From: a virus
Lineage: Duplodnaviria; Caudoviricetes
Direction: 5' to 3' (one strand)
DNA length: 49,593 nt
IMG/VR virus record: IMGVR_UViG_3300025529_000009
Location: 1 to 49,593 of that record
Below, in pieces: positions 7,419-16,676 of the stretch. Both the position numbers and the translations under genes were made by a program. The notes beneath the pieces are model-generated. The model was not told where the DNA came from. It did no database searches and was given only the letters and a program-made list of their open reading frames with translations. Each line of letters opens with the position of its first letter. Position 1 is the first letter of the stretch.

Positions 7419-7711
7419 TGGCACGTGACTTGGAAAAAGACTTGGCGATCTGCGAAGCGGCAACGCCGGGACCTTATACAATCGAACCCTGCGGATGCGG
7501 TCATTCAGCTTGCAATTTTGTGTTCATTCACAAAATCAATTATTCAGACGGCCGCTTGTTACCGGAAGATGCCCGTTTCATCGCCGAAGCCCGCATCGGC
7601 TGGCCGTATGCGATCCGGCGCGCGCTGGCGGCAGAGGCGGAAGTCGACCACCTCCGGAATGAACTGAACATCCTGCAGGAGCAGTTGGAGCAACGGAGGT
7701 GCGGCGCATGA
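7418..7711 (+). CDS. Ead/Ea22-like protein, paralog 2
   Basis: DLAICEAATPGPY...DARFIAEAR...ALAAEAEVDH. Confidence 0.7.
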   Translation: MARDLEKDLAICEAATPGPYTIEPCGCGHSACNFVFIHKINYSDGRLLPEDARFIAEARIGWPYAIRRALAAEAEVDHLRNELNILQEQLEQRRCGA

Positions 7712-8898
7712 CAATGGCACACGCAGAACGTGCTCACGCATTACTCAGCGCATCCAAGGCGGCGCAGTGGATCAACTGCCCGCCCAGCGCCCGGCTGCAG
7801 GAGGGCATCCCTGACAAGCGGAGTGAATATGCAGACGAAGGCACGACGGCCCACGAGCTCGGGGAAATCAAGCTGCGCCGCCGGATAACGATCTGCAACT
7901 CGGCAGAGCGTGCCAGGTTGGATGCGGAGCTGGAGCGCATCAAGGCAAGCCCTTATTACAACGCCGAAATGGAGAACGCCATCCAGGAGTACGTCGAGAT
8001 TGTCGGGGAGCGTTTCATGGAAGCGAAGGCAAGATCCAGTGACGCGGTGGTGCTGCTGGAGGAGCGGCTGGACTTTTCGGAGTGGGTGCCGGAAGGATAC
8101 GGCACCGGCGACGTGGTTCTCATCTCGGACGGGGTGCTGGAGATCATCGACCTGAAATACGGCAAAGGCGTACCTGTCAGTGCGGTAGGTAACCCGCAAA
8201 TGCGCCTGTACGCGCTTGGAGCGTGGTCGGCTTACAGCTACCTGTATGACATCCAAGAAGTACGCATGACCATCGTACAGCCACGTCTCGATAGCGTCAG
8301 CACGGACATACTTTCGATCGACGAGCTGCTGGAGTGGGCAGAGACAGTCGTCAAGCCGGCTGCTGCTCTGGCCGATGCCGGCGAGGGAAAGTTTAAGGCG
8401 GGCGAACATTGCCGCTGGTGCAAGGTTAAGGCAACATGCCGCGCAAGGGCGGAAGCAAACATGGCCGCGCTGGCTTATGAATTCAAGGAGCCGGCTCTAC
8501 TGACTCTGGAGGAAATCGGCAGCATCCTGCATATCGCCGACCAGCTACAAGCCTGGGCGAAAGACGTCGAGGAGTACGCTCACGAACAGGCGCTGAAAGG
8601 CAACAAGATCCCACAGTGGAAACTGGTCGAAGGCAGGAGCAACCGGCAAATCACGGACAAGGAGGCGGCCCGTGTCGCGTTGGAGGCGGCGGGTCTGGAG
8701 CAAGAAAAATATCTCAAGGTTGAACTGCTCGGCATCAGTGAGCTTGAAAAGCGGATCGGCAAGAAGGAACTGACAGCACTGATCGGCGATCTGATTGTCA
8801 AGCCGGCCGGCAAGCCTGTACTCGTTCCGGAGACGGACCGGCGCCCAGAGCTGAACAGCATCGAAGAAGAATTCGCAAATATCGATATGGAGGTTTGA
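7708..8898 (+). CDS. DUF2800 family PD-(D/E)XK (Cas4-like) exonuclease
   Basis: HALLSAS...WINCPPS, EGTTAHE, GTGD, IIDLKYGKG, QMRLYALGA, HCRWC. Confidence 0.9.
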   Translation: MTMAHAERAHALLSASKAAQWINCPPSARLQEGIPDKRSEYADEGTTAHELGEIKLRRRITICNSAERARLDAELERIKASPYYNAEMENAIQEYVEIVGERFMEAKARSSDAVVLLEERLDFSEWVPEGYGTGDVVLISDGVLEIIDLKYGKGVPVSAVGNPQMRLYALGAWSAYSYLYDIQEVRMTIVQPRLDSVSTDILSIDELLEWAETVVKPAAALADAGEGKFKAGEHCRWCKVKATCRARAEANMAALAYEFKEPALLTLEEIGSILHIADQLQAWAKDVEEYAHEQALKGNKIPQWKLVEGRSNRQITDKEAARVALEAAGLEQEKYLKVELLGISELEKRIGKKELTALIGDLIVKPAGKPVLVPETDRRPELNSIEEEFANIDMEV

Positions 8899-8904
8899 TT
8901 CAGA

Positions 8905-9507
8905 ATGAAAATCGATAATCAAGCAACAAAAGTAATCACCGGAAAGGTTCGTCTTTCTTACGTACACGTCTTCGAGCCGCAGCAGGACGACCAAGGCAAT
9001 GACAAATACAGCACGGCCATCCTGATCCCCAAGTCGGATAAGGAGACACTGCGCAAGATCAAAGCCGCCATTGACGCCGCTGTCGAGCTTGGCAAAAACA
9101 GCAAGTGGGGCGGCAAGGTCCCGGCCAACCTCAAGAAGCCGCTGCGTGACGGGGACGAAGAGCGCCCGGACGATGAGGCATATGCCGGCCACTACTTCCT
9201 CAACGCAACCAGCCGCAATAAGCCGGGCATCGCCAAACCGATCGGCAAGGGGCCAGACGGCAAAACCAGGTTCCAGGAGATCACGGACAGCACCGAGGTA
9301 TACAGCGGCTGCTATGCCAAAGTAAGCCTTAACTTCTACCCATTCGATGCGAAGGGCAATCGCGGGGTAGCTGCTGGCCTGAATAACATCGTGAAAGTGC
9401 AAGACGGGGATTTCCTGGGCGGTCGTGCAAGCATCCAGGATGAGTTCGCCGACGAGGAATTTGACGACGTTATTAACGCCGATGACGACGAAGACTGGAT
9501 GAGCTAA
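8905..9507 (+). CDS. DUF2815 family ssDNA-binding protein (T7 gp2.5-like)
   Basis: VRLSYVHVFEP, PLRDGDEER, VYSGCY, GNRGVAAGLNN, acidic tail. Confidence 0.9.
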   Translation: MKIDNQATKVITGKVRLSYVHVFEPQQDDQGNDKYSTAILIPKSDKETLRKIKAAIDAAVELGKNSKWGGKVPANLKKPLRDGDEERPDDEAYAGHYFLNATSRNKPGIAKPIGKGPDGKTRFQEITDSTEVYSGCYAKVSLNFYPFDAKGNRGVAAGLNNIVKVQDGDFLGGRASIQDEFADEEFDDVINADDDEDWMS

Positions 9508-9516
9508 CGAGACAAG

Positions 9517-9546
9517 AGGGGATTCGACAGCGGGTCCCCTTTCTTA
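9517..9546 (+). terminator. Intrinsic terminator
   Basis: AGGGGATTCG-ACAG-CGGGTCCCCT followed by TTCTT. Confidence 0.65.
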
Positions 9547-9571
9547 TCCAAAGATGAGGAGGTTTTGATGG

Positions 9572-9862
9572 ATGGACGTGATACTTCTGACCCCAGCGAT
9601 TTTAAGCGTTCTGAAAGAACGAAAAAGACAGGATCAGAAATGGGGGGAGCAAAATCACGAACCCACTGTCTGGCTTGGCATTCTAGGAGAGGAGTTCGGT
9701 GAGCTTTGCCAGGCTGTCAACGAGACATGGTTCGATAACGGGCCGGAGGAACGGAAAAAAGGCGGATATGAAAATATGCGGAAAGAGGCGATCCAGGTGG
9801 CGGCTGTGGCTGTTGCCCTGATTGAATGCCTGGATCGGCGGCATGGCGGGAGTATGTCATGA
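9572..9862 (+). CDS. MazG-like nucleotide pyrophosphohydrolase
   Basis: ERKRQDQKWGEQ, ILGEEFGELCQA, EAIQVAAVA. Confidence 0.8.
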   Translation: MDVILLTPAILSVLKERKRQDQKWGEQNHEPTVWLGILGEEFGELCQAVNETWFDNGPEERKKGGYENMRKEAIQVAAVAVALIECLDRRHGGSMS

Positions 9863-11817
9863 CCATCTTGCAAATCGACCTTGAAACCTACAGCAGCGTC
9901 GATCTAACCAAGTGCGGTGTGTACCGATACGTCGAAGCGCCTGACTTTGAGATCCTGCTTTTCGCCTATGCTTACGACGACGAGCCGGTGCAAGTGATCG
10001 ACCTGACTGCCTTCGAGGACTTGCCGGAGCGCGTACTGCACGATCTGACAAACCCGGATGTGATCAAAACCGCCTACAACGCAAACTTTGAACGGACTTG
10101 TATCTCCAAACACTTCGGTATTGAGTGCGATCCTCTCCAATGGCGATGCACTGCAGTTCATGCGCTGGCGCTGGGCCTGCCCGGCTATCTGGAAGGTGTC
10201 GCAGATGTGCTCAAGTTGGAAGCGCAAAAAGATGCTCGGGGGAAAAACCTGATCAAGTATTTCTCCGTCCCATGCAAGCCGACCAAGGCCAACGGTGGGA
10301 GGACGAGAAACTATCCGCACCACGATCCGGAGAAGTGGCAGCAGTATATCGAGTACAACCGGCAGGACGTGGTGGTGGAACGGGAAGTGCGTCGCAGACT
10401 TGAGCGCTTCCCGGTTCCAGAACACGAGTGGAAGTTGTGGGCGTTGGACCAGCGGATCAACGATCGGGGTGTCCGGCTCGACCCGGTGCTCTTCCAACAG
10501 GCAATCGCGTGCGATGAGCAATACGAGGCGCGGCTGATCGCAGAGGCCAAGGAGATCACCGGGCTGGACAACCCAAACAGCCTGACTCAGCTTAAAGCGT
10601 GGCTTGCGGAGCGCGGCGTCGACGCCTCGGAAGGTCTGTCCAAGGAGCATATGCCCGTTCTGCTGGATCAAGCCCCAGACGAGGAGACACGCCGGGTTCT
10701 GGAGCTGCGGCAGGAGATGTCAAAGACAAGCGTGGACAAATACAACGCCATGGAGCGCAGCATGTGTGCGGACGAACGAGCCAGGGGACTGCTCCAGTTC
10801 TGCGGGGCGAACCGCACATGGCGATGGGCCGGCCGGCTGATCCAGGTTCAAAACCTCCCACAGAACAAGATCGAGGACTTGGCGTTGGCGCGGGAGACGC
10901 TGCGGAGCGGAGATTTTGACCTGCTGGAGATGTTGTTCGGCGCCCCACCGTTTGTACTCAGTCAGTTGATCCGCACCGCGTTCATCCCGTCTCCCGGCTG
11001 CCGGTTTATCGTGGCGGATTTCAGTGCGATCGAAGCGCGCGTAGTCGCGTGGTTGGCAGACGAACATTGGGTGCTGGACGTTTTCCGCAGTCACGGCAAA
11101 ATCTACGAGGCGACGGCGGCGCAAATGTTTGGCGTGCCGCTGGAGACGATCGTCAAAGGGCATAAAAATTACGAGTTGCGGGCCCGCGGGAAAGTGGCTG
11201 TGCTCGCCTGCGGCTATCAAGGCGGCCCTAACGCGATGGCCGCGATGGACAGCAAAAAAGAGATTGATCCGGACGACTATCCGCGCCTTGTCCGGCAGTG
11301 GCGTGACGCAAATCCGAACATCGTTAAGCTGTGGTATGCGGCTGAGGATGCCGCGATTACGGCGGTTAGGGAAAAGACGACCGTTAAGCTCAAGCACGGC
11401 GTTCGCTACCGCTACGAACCAGGTTATCTTTTCGCAGATCTGCCAAGTGGCCGGAGTCTTGCATACGTCAACCCGCGCATCAAGCCAGACCCAAACTTCG
11501 GCAAGGACGGCCTCGTCTTCGACGGGATGGATCAGGTCAAAAAGAAATGGATGTCGCACAGGACGTATGGCGGCCGCCTGGTGGAGAATCTGGTGCAGGC
11601 TATCGCGCGGGACTGCTTGGGCGTGAGTCTGGTGCGGCTGGACGCCGAGGGGTACGACATTGTCATGCACGTCCATGACGAGGTCGTGCTGGATGTGCCG
11701 ATCGGGACCGGCTCCGTGGATCATGTGACCGAGATCATGAGCCGGCCGATTGAGTGGGCACCGGGATTGCCGTTAAGTGCTGCCGGATTCGAGTGTGACT
11801 TTTATCAGAAGGACTGA
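9859..11817 (+). CDS. Phage family A DNA polymerase with 3'-5' exonuclease
   Basis: Exo IDLETYS and AYNANFE; motif A DFSAIEAR; motif B RARGKVAVLACGY; motif C HVHDE. Confidence 0.95.
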   Translation: MTILQIDLETYSSVDLTKCGVYRYVEAPDFEILLFAYAYDDEPVQVIDLTAFEDLPERVLHDLTNPDVIKTAYNANFERTCISKHFGIECDPLQWRCTAVHALALGLPGYLEGVADVLKLEAQKDARGKNLIKYFSVPCKPTKANGGRTRNYPHHDPEKWQQYIEYNRQDVVVEREVRRRLERFPVPEHEWKLWALDQRINDRGVRLDPVLFQQAIACDEQYEARLIAEAKEITGLDNPNSLTQLKAWLAERGVDASEGLSKEHMPVLLDQAPDEETRRVLELRQEMSKTSVDKYNAMERSMCADERARGLLQFCGANRTWRWAGRLIQVQNLPQNKIEDLALARETLRSGDFDLLEMLFGAPPFVLSQLIRTAFIPSPGCRFIVADFSAIEARVVAWLADEHWVLDVFRSHGKIYEATAAQMFGVPLETIVKGHKNYELRARGKVAVLACGYQGGPNAMAAMDSKKEIDPDDYPRLVRQWRDANPNIVKLWYAAEDAAITAVREKTTVKLKHGVRYRYEPGYLFADLPSGRSLAYVNPRIKPDPNFGKDGLVFDGMDQVKKKWMSHRTYGGRLVENLVQAIARDCLGVSLVRLDAEGYDIVMHVHDEVVLDVPIGTGSVDHVTEIMSRPIEWAPGLPLSAAGFECDFYQKD

Positions 11818-11823
11818 TGAGCA

Positions 11824-12627
11824 GTGTCCAACTATCGAATAAAAGCTGCTGGAACACCAGTCCCGAGGCGAGATGTTGAGATGGGATCTTCCGGCAGCGG
11901 TCCGGTAATCACGTACAAATTACGCCCCGAAGAAATTGAAAAATGGAAAAAGGAGGGTATTTTCCCAATGCTGACCCGAGAAAAGTATCTGCAGCTTCGC
12001 TTGGACGGCATGTCCCGCACTCATATACAACGCAATTACTTCCCCAGTAACCCAACGAAATTTTATGCTCTGCTTACGGAGTGGGGGTTGAAAGAAAAGG
12101 ATGCCGAAGAACGAGCACTGGATATGATGCCAACGGTTAAAAAAGCAGCAGAGACGTCTGGAAAAGATCAAGACGGGACCAATAAAAATGAGGCGGCGGC
12201 CCCCGGGGTCGACTGGGAAGGCCTGTTGCGTATGAAGAATGAAGAAATCGAGCAGTTGCGCCAGGTGACTCAGGATCTGGAGGCGAAACTCGATTCTTTT
12301 GCCAACGGTATTCTGGAACGGGACCAGGAGATCAATCGCCTAAATGAAGAAATCGGCCGTTGGCAGGCCCGACTGGAGGACGCGGTCGGGCGCTTGGCCC
12401 AATACGAGGCTGAGAAGCGCTCCGGCTCGGTAGATGACATTGAATGCATCGACGTGATCGAGATAGCCACAACCGGTCTGACCGGGGGCGATGCCTTCTG
12501 CACCGGGGCGGTGATCGAATATCTGTGGCGATGGTCACGCAAAGGCTACGTGGAAGATCTTCGGAAAGCTCGTTGGTATATTGATCGGTTGATCAGGGAA
12601 CCGGAGGTGAACAGCGATGCAAGCTGA
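11824..12627 (+). CDS. Coiled-coil protein with C-terminal DUF3310-like segment
   Basis: IECIDVIE...FCTGAVIEYLWRW..K..VEDLRKARWYIDRLI; start codon uncertain. Confidence 0.7.
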   Translation: MSNYRIKAAGTPVPRRDVEMGSSGSGPVITYKLRPEEIEKWKKEGIFPMLTREKYLQLRLDGMSRTHIQRNYFPSNPTKFYALLTEWGLKEKDAEERALDMMPTVKKAAETSGKDQDGTNKNEAAAPGVDWEGLLRMKNEEIEQLRQVTQDLEAKLDSFANGILERDQEINRLNEEIGRWQARLEDAVGRLAQYEAEKRSGSVDDIECIDVIEIATTGLTGGDAFCTGAVIEYLWRWSRKGYVEDLRKARWYIDRLIREPEVNSDAS

Positions 12628-12997
12628 GGCCATCGCCAAAATCAAAGCGGAAATGGACGGCAACAAGAACAACCCGTACATCCAGGTGATCGGAGACTTC
12701 CTGCTCCGCCACCTGGAAGCTAATCCGGAAGCCGCGGAGAAAATCGTGGCCGCTGACAAGACAATCGGCAAAAGCCTGGACGCCATGCGAAACGAGGCGC
12801 GGAAGAAGCAGCACAAAGGCATGGCGATCCTCACCGATGCCGAAGGATTCGCTATCGTACTCAAGTATTTCGGGATCGAGGGGCCAGTTTACTCGGGGGC
12901 TGCTCCGGCGGCGCCAGCCTCCCGACCGACCGTTACAGCGCCCCCAACGAAGCCCGCCGCCCCTGATTTCGACGTCAAGCTGGATGACTTTCTGTGA
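12617..12997 (+). CDS. PcfK-like protein
   Basis: KTIGKSLDAMRNEARKK...LTDAEGFAIVLKYF; directly upstream of the PcfJ-like gene. Confidence 0.7.
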   Translation: MQAEAIAKIKAEMDGNKNNPYIQVIGDFLLRHLEANPEAAEKIVAADKTIGKSLDAMRNEARKKQHKGMAILTDAEGFAIVLKYFGIEGPVYSGAAPAAPASRPTVTAPPTKPAAPDFDVKLDDFL

Positions 12998-13011
12998 GGG
13001 AGGCACGGGGC

Positions 13012-14568
13012 ATGTCAAAGGCCAATGATCACCAGGAGTTTTTCACTCACTTCCCGCAAACGGTTAGCCAGGCGGTTGTCGACTTTGCCATCAACACGGT
13101 TTTCCTCTCAAGCCGCTATTTGTTCGTGCGGCGCATCGGGAAAGAACAGTATGGCTACTGCACCCACTGCCGGCAGGAATATCTCACTGGTCTGGGGGCG
13201 TCTTACCTTCGTCACGGAGAAAGCTGGCAGTGCATGAAATGTAAGTCGCTGGTAATCGTCAAAGCAAGCGGTATCAGCCGCAAACGCTTGATCGACGATG
13301 CCTATTTCGTCTGGTACGAAAAGTCTGCGGTTAATCCGGAAGCGATAGTCGCCCTCGGAATTTATGCAGTGCGCGACTATCGTGGTGACTACTACAAGAT
13401 AGAAACCGAGTTCAAAACAGTCGCCATGTATCTGTTTGAACCGGGCAAGAGTAGAATGCTGCGACGCGACTATTGGGCCGAACGATGGTACGAAGCCAAG
13501 TCGATCTTTTCCGAATTTGATCACTCGATGAAAAGCAAGCGTTGTTACCTTGCACTGGAAAGCGTCGTTCAGGCGGTCCAGGGCACACCTTTTCAGTACA
13601 GCACGTGGGGCAAATACACCGAGCAGTCGCCCGATCTCGTCAAGTTCTTCGATTTGGCCGCGAAATATCCGTGCGTCGAATATCTGACCAAGCTCGGCCT
13701 GAGAAGCTTCGTTGATGCAAAGCTATGCGGATACAACACCTACGGCGCGATCAACTGGCGTGGAAAGACGATGGAGAAGGTGCTGCGGTTATCGAAGGCC
13801 GAGATCAGAGAGATGAGATCGGCACGGCTCACAGTGAATCCGATCACGCTGTACAGCTATCACTTTTTCAAACGTAAGGGGCTGCGGCTGACATTCAAGC
13901 AGGCACACCTGATGGAGGGCCTGACGACAAAATACTACACGGATATGCTGAAACCCCTGCTCCAGTATGGCACCTTTGAACGCGTCGTTAGGTATTTTCT
14001 GAAGCAACTCGAACGAGGAGAAAGGCATTACATCACTGCTGGGCAGATACTTACCGCCTGGCGTGACTACTTGAAAGAGTGTCAGGAGCTCGGGATGGAT
14101 CTCTCGCAGGAACATGTACTGTTCCCGAACAACCTGCACGCTGCGCACCTGAAAACAACCGCAAAAATTAAGATCAAAAGGGACGAAGCGCTAAACGCAA
14201 TGATCGCAAAGCGGCTTCCCAAGCTGGAGAAATTTACGTTCGAGAAAGATGGACTCTTCATTCGGCCGGCAAAGGACAGCTCCGAACTGTTCCTGGAAGG
14301 CAAAGCGCTGCAGCATTGTGTCGGCCAATACGCAAAAAGGTACGCTGAGGGACACTCCGACCTGTTTTTCATCCGGCGATCAGAGGAACCGGACAAACCA
14401 TTCTACACGGTTGAAGTGGTTGGTAACAAAATCACGCAGGCGTACGGCTATCGAAACTGCTTACCTACGCCAGAGGTGCAGGCGTTTATCGATGCGTTCA
14501 AGGCAGAGAAGCTCATGAAAAAGAAGGGCAGGAATAGAATCACAGAGCTGCAGGGGGTAGCGGTATGA
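13012..14568 (+). CDS. PcfJ-like protein
   Basis: GYCTHC zinc site, WRDYL, FPNNLHAAH, EGKALQHCVGQY, PFYTVEV. Confidence 0.88.
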   Translation: MSKANDHQEFFTHFPQTVSQAVVDFAINTVFLSSRYLFVRRIGKEQYGYCTHCRQEYLTGLGASYLRHGESWQCMKCKSLVIVKASGISRKRLIDDAYFVWYEKSAVNPEAIVALGIYAVRDYRGDYYKIETEFKTVAMYLFEPGKSRMLRRDYWAERWYEAKSIFSEFDHSMKSKRCYLALESVVQAVQGTPFQYSTWGKYTEQSPDLVKFFDLAAKYPCVEYLTKLGLRSFVDAKLCGYNTYGAINWRGKTMEKVLRLSKAEIREMRSARLTVNPITLYSYHFFKRKGLRLTFKQAHLMEGLTTKYYTDMLKPLLQYGTFERVVRYFLKQLERGERHYITAGQILTAWRDYLKECQELGMDLSQEHVLFPNNLHAAHLKTTAKIKIKRDEALNAMIAKRLPKLEKFTFEKDGLFIRPAKDSSELFLEGKALQHCVGQYAKRYAEGHSDLFFIRRSEEPDKPFYTVEVVGNKITQAYGYRNCLPTPEVQAFIDAFKAEKLMKKKGRNRITELQGVAV

Positions 14569-15410
14569 GTGAATTAACGACGAGAACGCCACAGGTCATT
14601 GCGGCTGAGATCCGCAGCATTGATACACAGACCCGGGAAATTGTTCTGCGCAGCGCAATTGAGATCGGCAAGCGGCTGAACGAAGTCAAGGCACTCGTCC
14701 CTCACGGTGAATGGGGAGCGTGGCTGGAGGCGAATGTCCACTATAGCCAGTCCACCGCCAACAACTTCATGCGGATCGCGGACGAATACGGCTCAAATTT
14801 CCAAGCGATTGAGAATTTGAGTTACACAAAGGCACTCGCCCTTCTCGGCGTCCCGGCAGAAGAACGGGAGCAGTTTGTACAGGAACATGACGTGGAAAAC
14901 ATGTCCGCGCGCGAGCTGCAGCAAACGATCAAAGAGAAAAAGCAGTTGGAGAAGGAATTGAAAAAGCTCCAGGAAGCGGCCGAAAAGGAGAGGAAGGAGC
15001 GCGAAGCACTGGAGAAGCGTGTCGCGCAACTACAGGACGAATTGCTTGACGCAGACATAAACGGAAATGACGCCGAAGTCCAAAGACTTCAGAAAGAACT
15101 GGAAGAAACACAGGAAAAAGTAAAACGGCTGGAATCGGAGTTGAAGGCGAAGCCGATCGACGTGCCCGCGGTAGTAGAGAAGATTCCGGAAGAAGTCGAA
15201 AGGGAGCTGGCCGAGCTACGAAAGAAGGTGGCGCAACCGGGCAACGAAACCGCAATCAGGTTTAAAGTCCAGTTTGACGGCCTTGTTGCCGGTTTTCGGG
15301 ATCTGCTGGCCACGCTGGCGGAGATCCAGGCTGCAGATCCAGAAACACATGAAAAGTACAAAGGTGCAGTGCGCGGGCTAATTGGGAGGATGTCGGAAAG
15401 ACTTCAATGA
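14565..15410 (+). CDS. DUF3102 domain protein
   Basis: IEIGKRLNEVKALVPHGEWGAWLE...STANNFMRIA followed by coiled coil. Confidence 0.85.
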   Translation: MSELTTRTPQVIAAEIRSIDTQTREIVLRSAIEIGKRLNEVKALVPHGEWGAWLEANVHYSQSTANNFMRIADEYGSNFQAIENLSYTKALALLGVPAEEREQFVQEHDVENMSARELQQTIKEKKQLEKELKKLQEAAEKERKEREALEKRVAQLQDELLDADINGNDAEVQRLQKELEETQEKVKRLESELKAKPIDVPAVVEKIPEEVERELAELRKKVAQPGNETAIRFKVQFDGLVAGFRDLLATLAEIQAADPETHEKYKGAVRGLIGRMSERLQ

Positions 15411-15429
15411 CGACAGGAGGGAATCGGAA

Positions 15430-15720
15430 TTGAGTATTTGGGGAGAAGTGTTCTTCGGGCCAGATGTGAGACAGCTCAAAGAAAGAGCGCTTCAGCTACA
15501 TGGACAGTTGCAACGCGGTGCTGGTTGGTTGGAAAAAAGGCGAATCCGGTCTCAGCTGGTCAGGGTCCTTGATGAAATCGAGTACCAAGAAGGCCGCAAA
15601 CAGTACGCAAATCGACCGTATACGAAGCCGCCTGCATACCCTCCTGGAATGGGCTGCAAGAAAACGCTTGATTGCAAGTGCGGCTGCTGGATTGAAACTC
15701 GAAAGGCCATAGGAATTTAA
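15430..15720 (+). CDS. Hypothetical protein
   Basis: TTG start after AGGAGGG; Cys-rich C-terminus. Confidence 0.55.
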   Translation: MSIWGEVFFGPDVRQLKERALQLHGQLQRGAGWLEKRRIRSQLVRVLDEIEYQEGRKQYANRPYTKPPAYPPGMGCKKTLDCKCGCWIETRKAIGI

Positions 15721-15739
15721 ACACACTGGAGGTAAGAAC

Positions 15740-15949
15740 ATGGTAGCACTGAACGGTTTGAAGCGTGGCGATCGAGTCCGGCACGTAAAGAGTAACGGAA
15801 GAAGCCACTGGTACAAGTCTCTGAACAACGGAACTGTCGAAAACGTCTCTCGGTCGGGCAAAACAGTATACGTGAGATGGGTAAACGACGGCGGGGACTT
15901 GCATCATTGGGCCGGGTACAGGTGCGAGATGCTGGAGAAGATCGAGTAA
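15740..15949 (+). CDS. Small SH3/KOW-like beta protein
   Basis: LKRGDRVRHV...GTVENV...VYVRW; RBS GGAGGT. Confidence 0.65.
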   Translation: MVALNGLKRGDRVRHVKSNGRSHWYKSLNNGTVENVSRSGKTVYVRWVNDGGDLHHWAGYRCEMLEKIE

Positions 15950-15968
15950 GTCGGGAGGCAAGACCAAA

Positions 15969-16229
15969 ATGAGACTGACCGAAAAGCAGAAAGCAGTGCT
16001 GCTGGCATTGACCAATGAATGGCAGACTCCGACGCAGATCGCAAAAAAGCTGCCGGGAATCAACGAGGAATGGGCCGCGATGTATGGTTCCTCATACGTC
16101 AACCAGCCCCTCAAGGCCCTGATGCGCGAGGGATTGGTCAAAAAGAAACCTGATACGCGAGGGCAGTACCGGTTAACTCCATTCGGTGCGCATACCAAGG
16201 ACAAGGTAGCACGCGAAACACAACGGTAA
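15969..16229 (+). CDS. Winged-helix DNA-binding protein
   Basis: LTEKQKAVLLAL...TPTQIAKKL...LKALMREGLVKK...YRLT. Confidence 0.7.
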   Translation: MRLTEKQKAVLLALTNEWQTPTQIAKKLPGINEEWAAMYGSSYVNQPLKALMREGLVKKKPDTRGQYRLTPFGAHTKDKVARETQR

Positions 16230-16256
16230 ATTGAGATAAACGGGAGGGAACAGAGC

Positions 16257-16631
16257 ATGAAGACCAAAAATGTCCTGATGCTTTATCGAATTTTGGCACA
16301 AACAGAAACCATTAGCATTGAAGCGAAAACCAGCCGCGCTGTTACGGAGAAAGAAGCAATAGAAGATGCAAAGAAACATGTACTCCATCCTGAAACCGTA
16401 GCAGCAGGGGGTTATCGACCATTCGTGGTACTCCCTATGGGTACAGAACATCAATGGAAATATGGGCACATCAACTTCTGCCCGCGCTGCGGCGCCTATA
16501 TAGGTGACGAAATGGGCGATCCAGAGATCGACATCGCAAACAATGAACAGGAATTTGAATGTCCAGAGTGTTATGCCACTGTCTACACGAACATCATCCG
16601 TACACCGGAAGAGTCGGACGAAGACGAGTGA
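16257..16631 (+). CDS. Zinc-ribbon protein
   Basis: FCPRCG...FECPECY; RBS GGGAGGG. Confidence 0.7.
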   Translation: MKTKNVLMLYRILAQTETISIEAKTSRAVTEKEAIEDAKKHVLHPETVAAGGYRPFVVLPMGTEHQWKYGHINFCPRCGAYIGDEMGDPEIDIANNEQEFECPECYATVYTNIIRTPEESDEDE

Positions 16632-16676
16632 AATACTTAAGGGCAGTGAAAGACGAGAAATGAAGGAAGTGGCGGC

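Noticed and set aside
7708-8898. Cas4-like nuclease as evidence of CRISPR-Cas
   Set aside because: It is the usual DUF2800 phage exonuclease next to SSB and PolA; there is no repeat-spacer array or other cas gene
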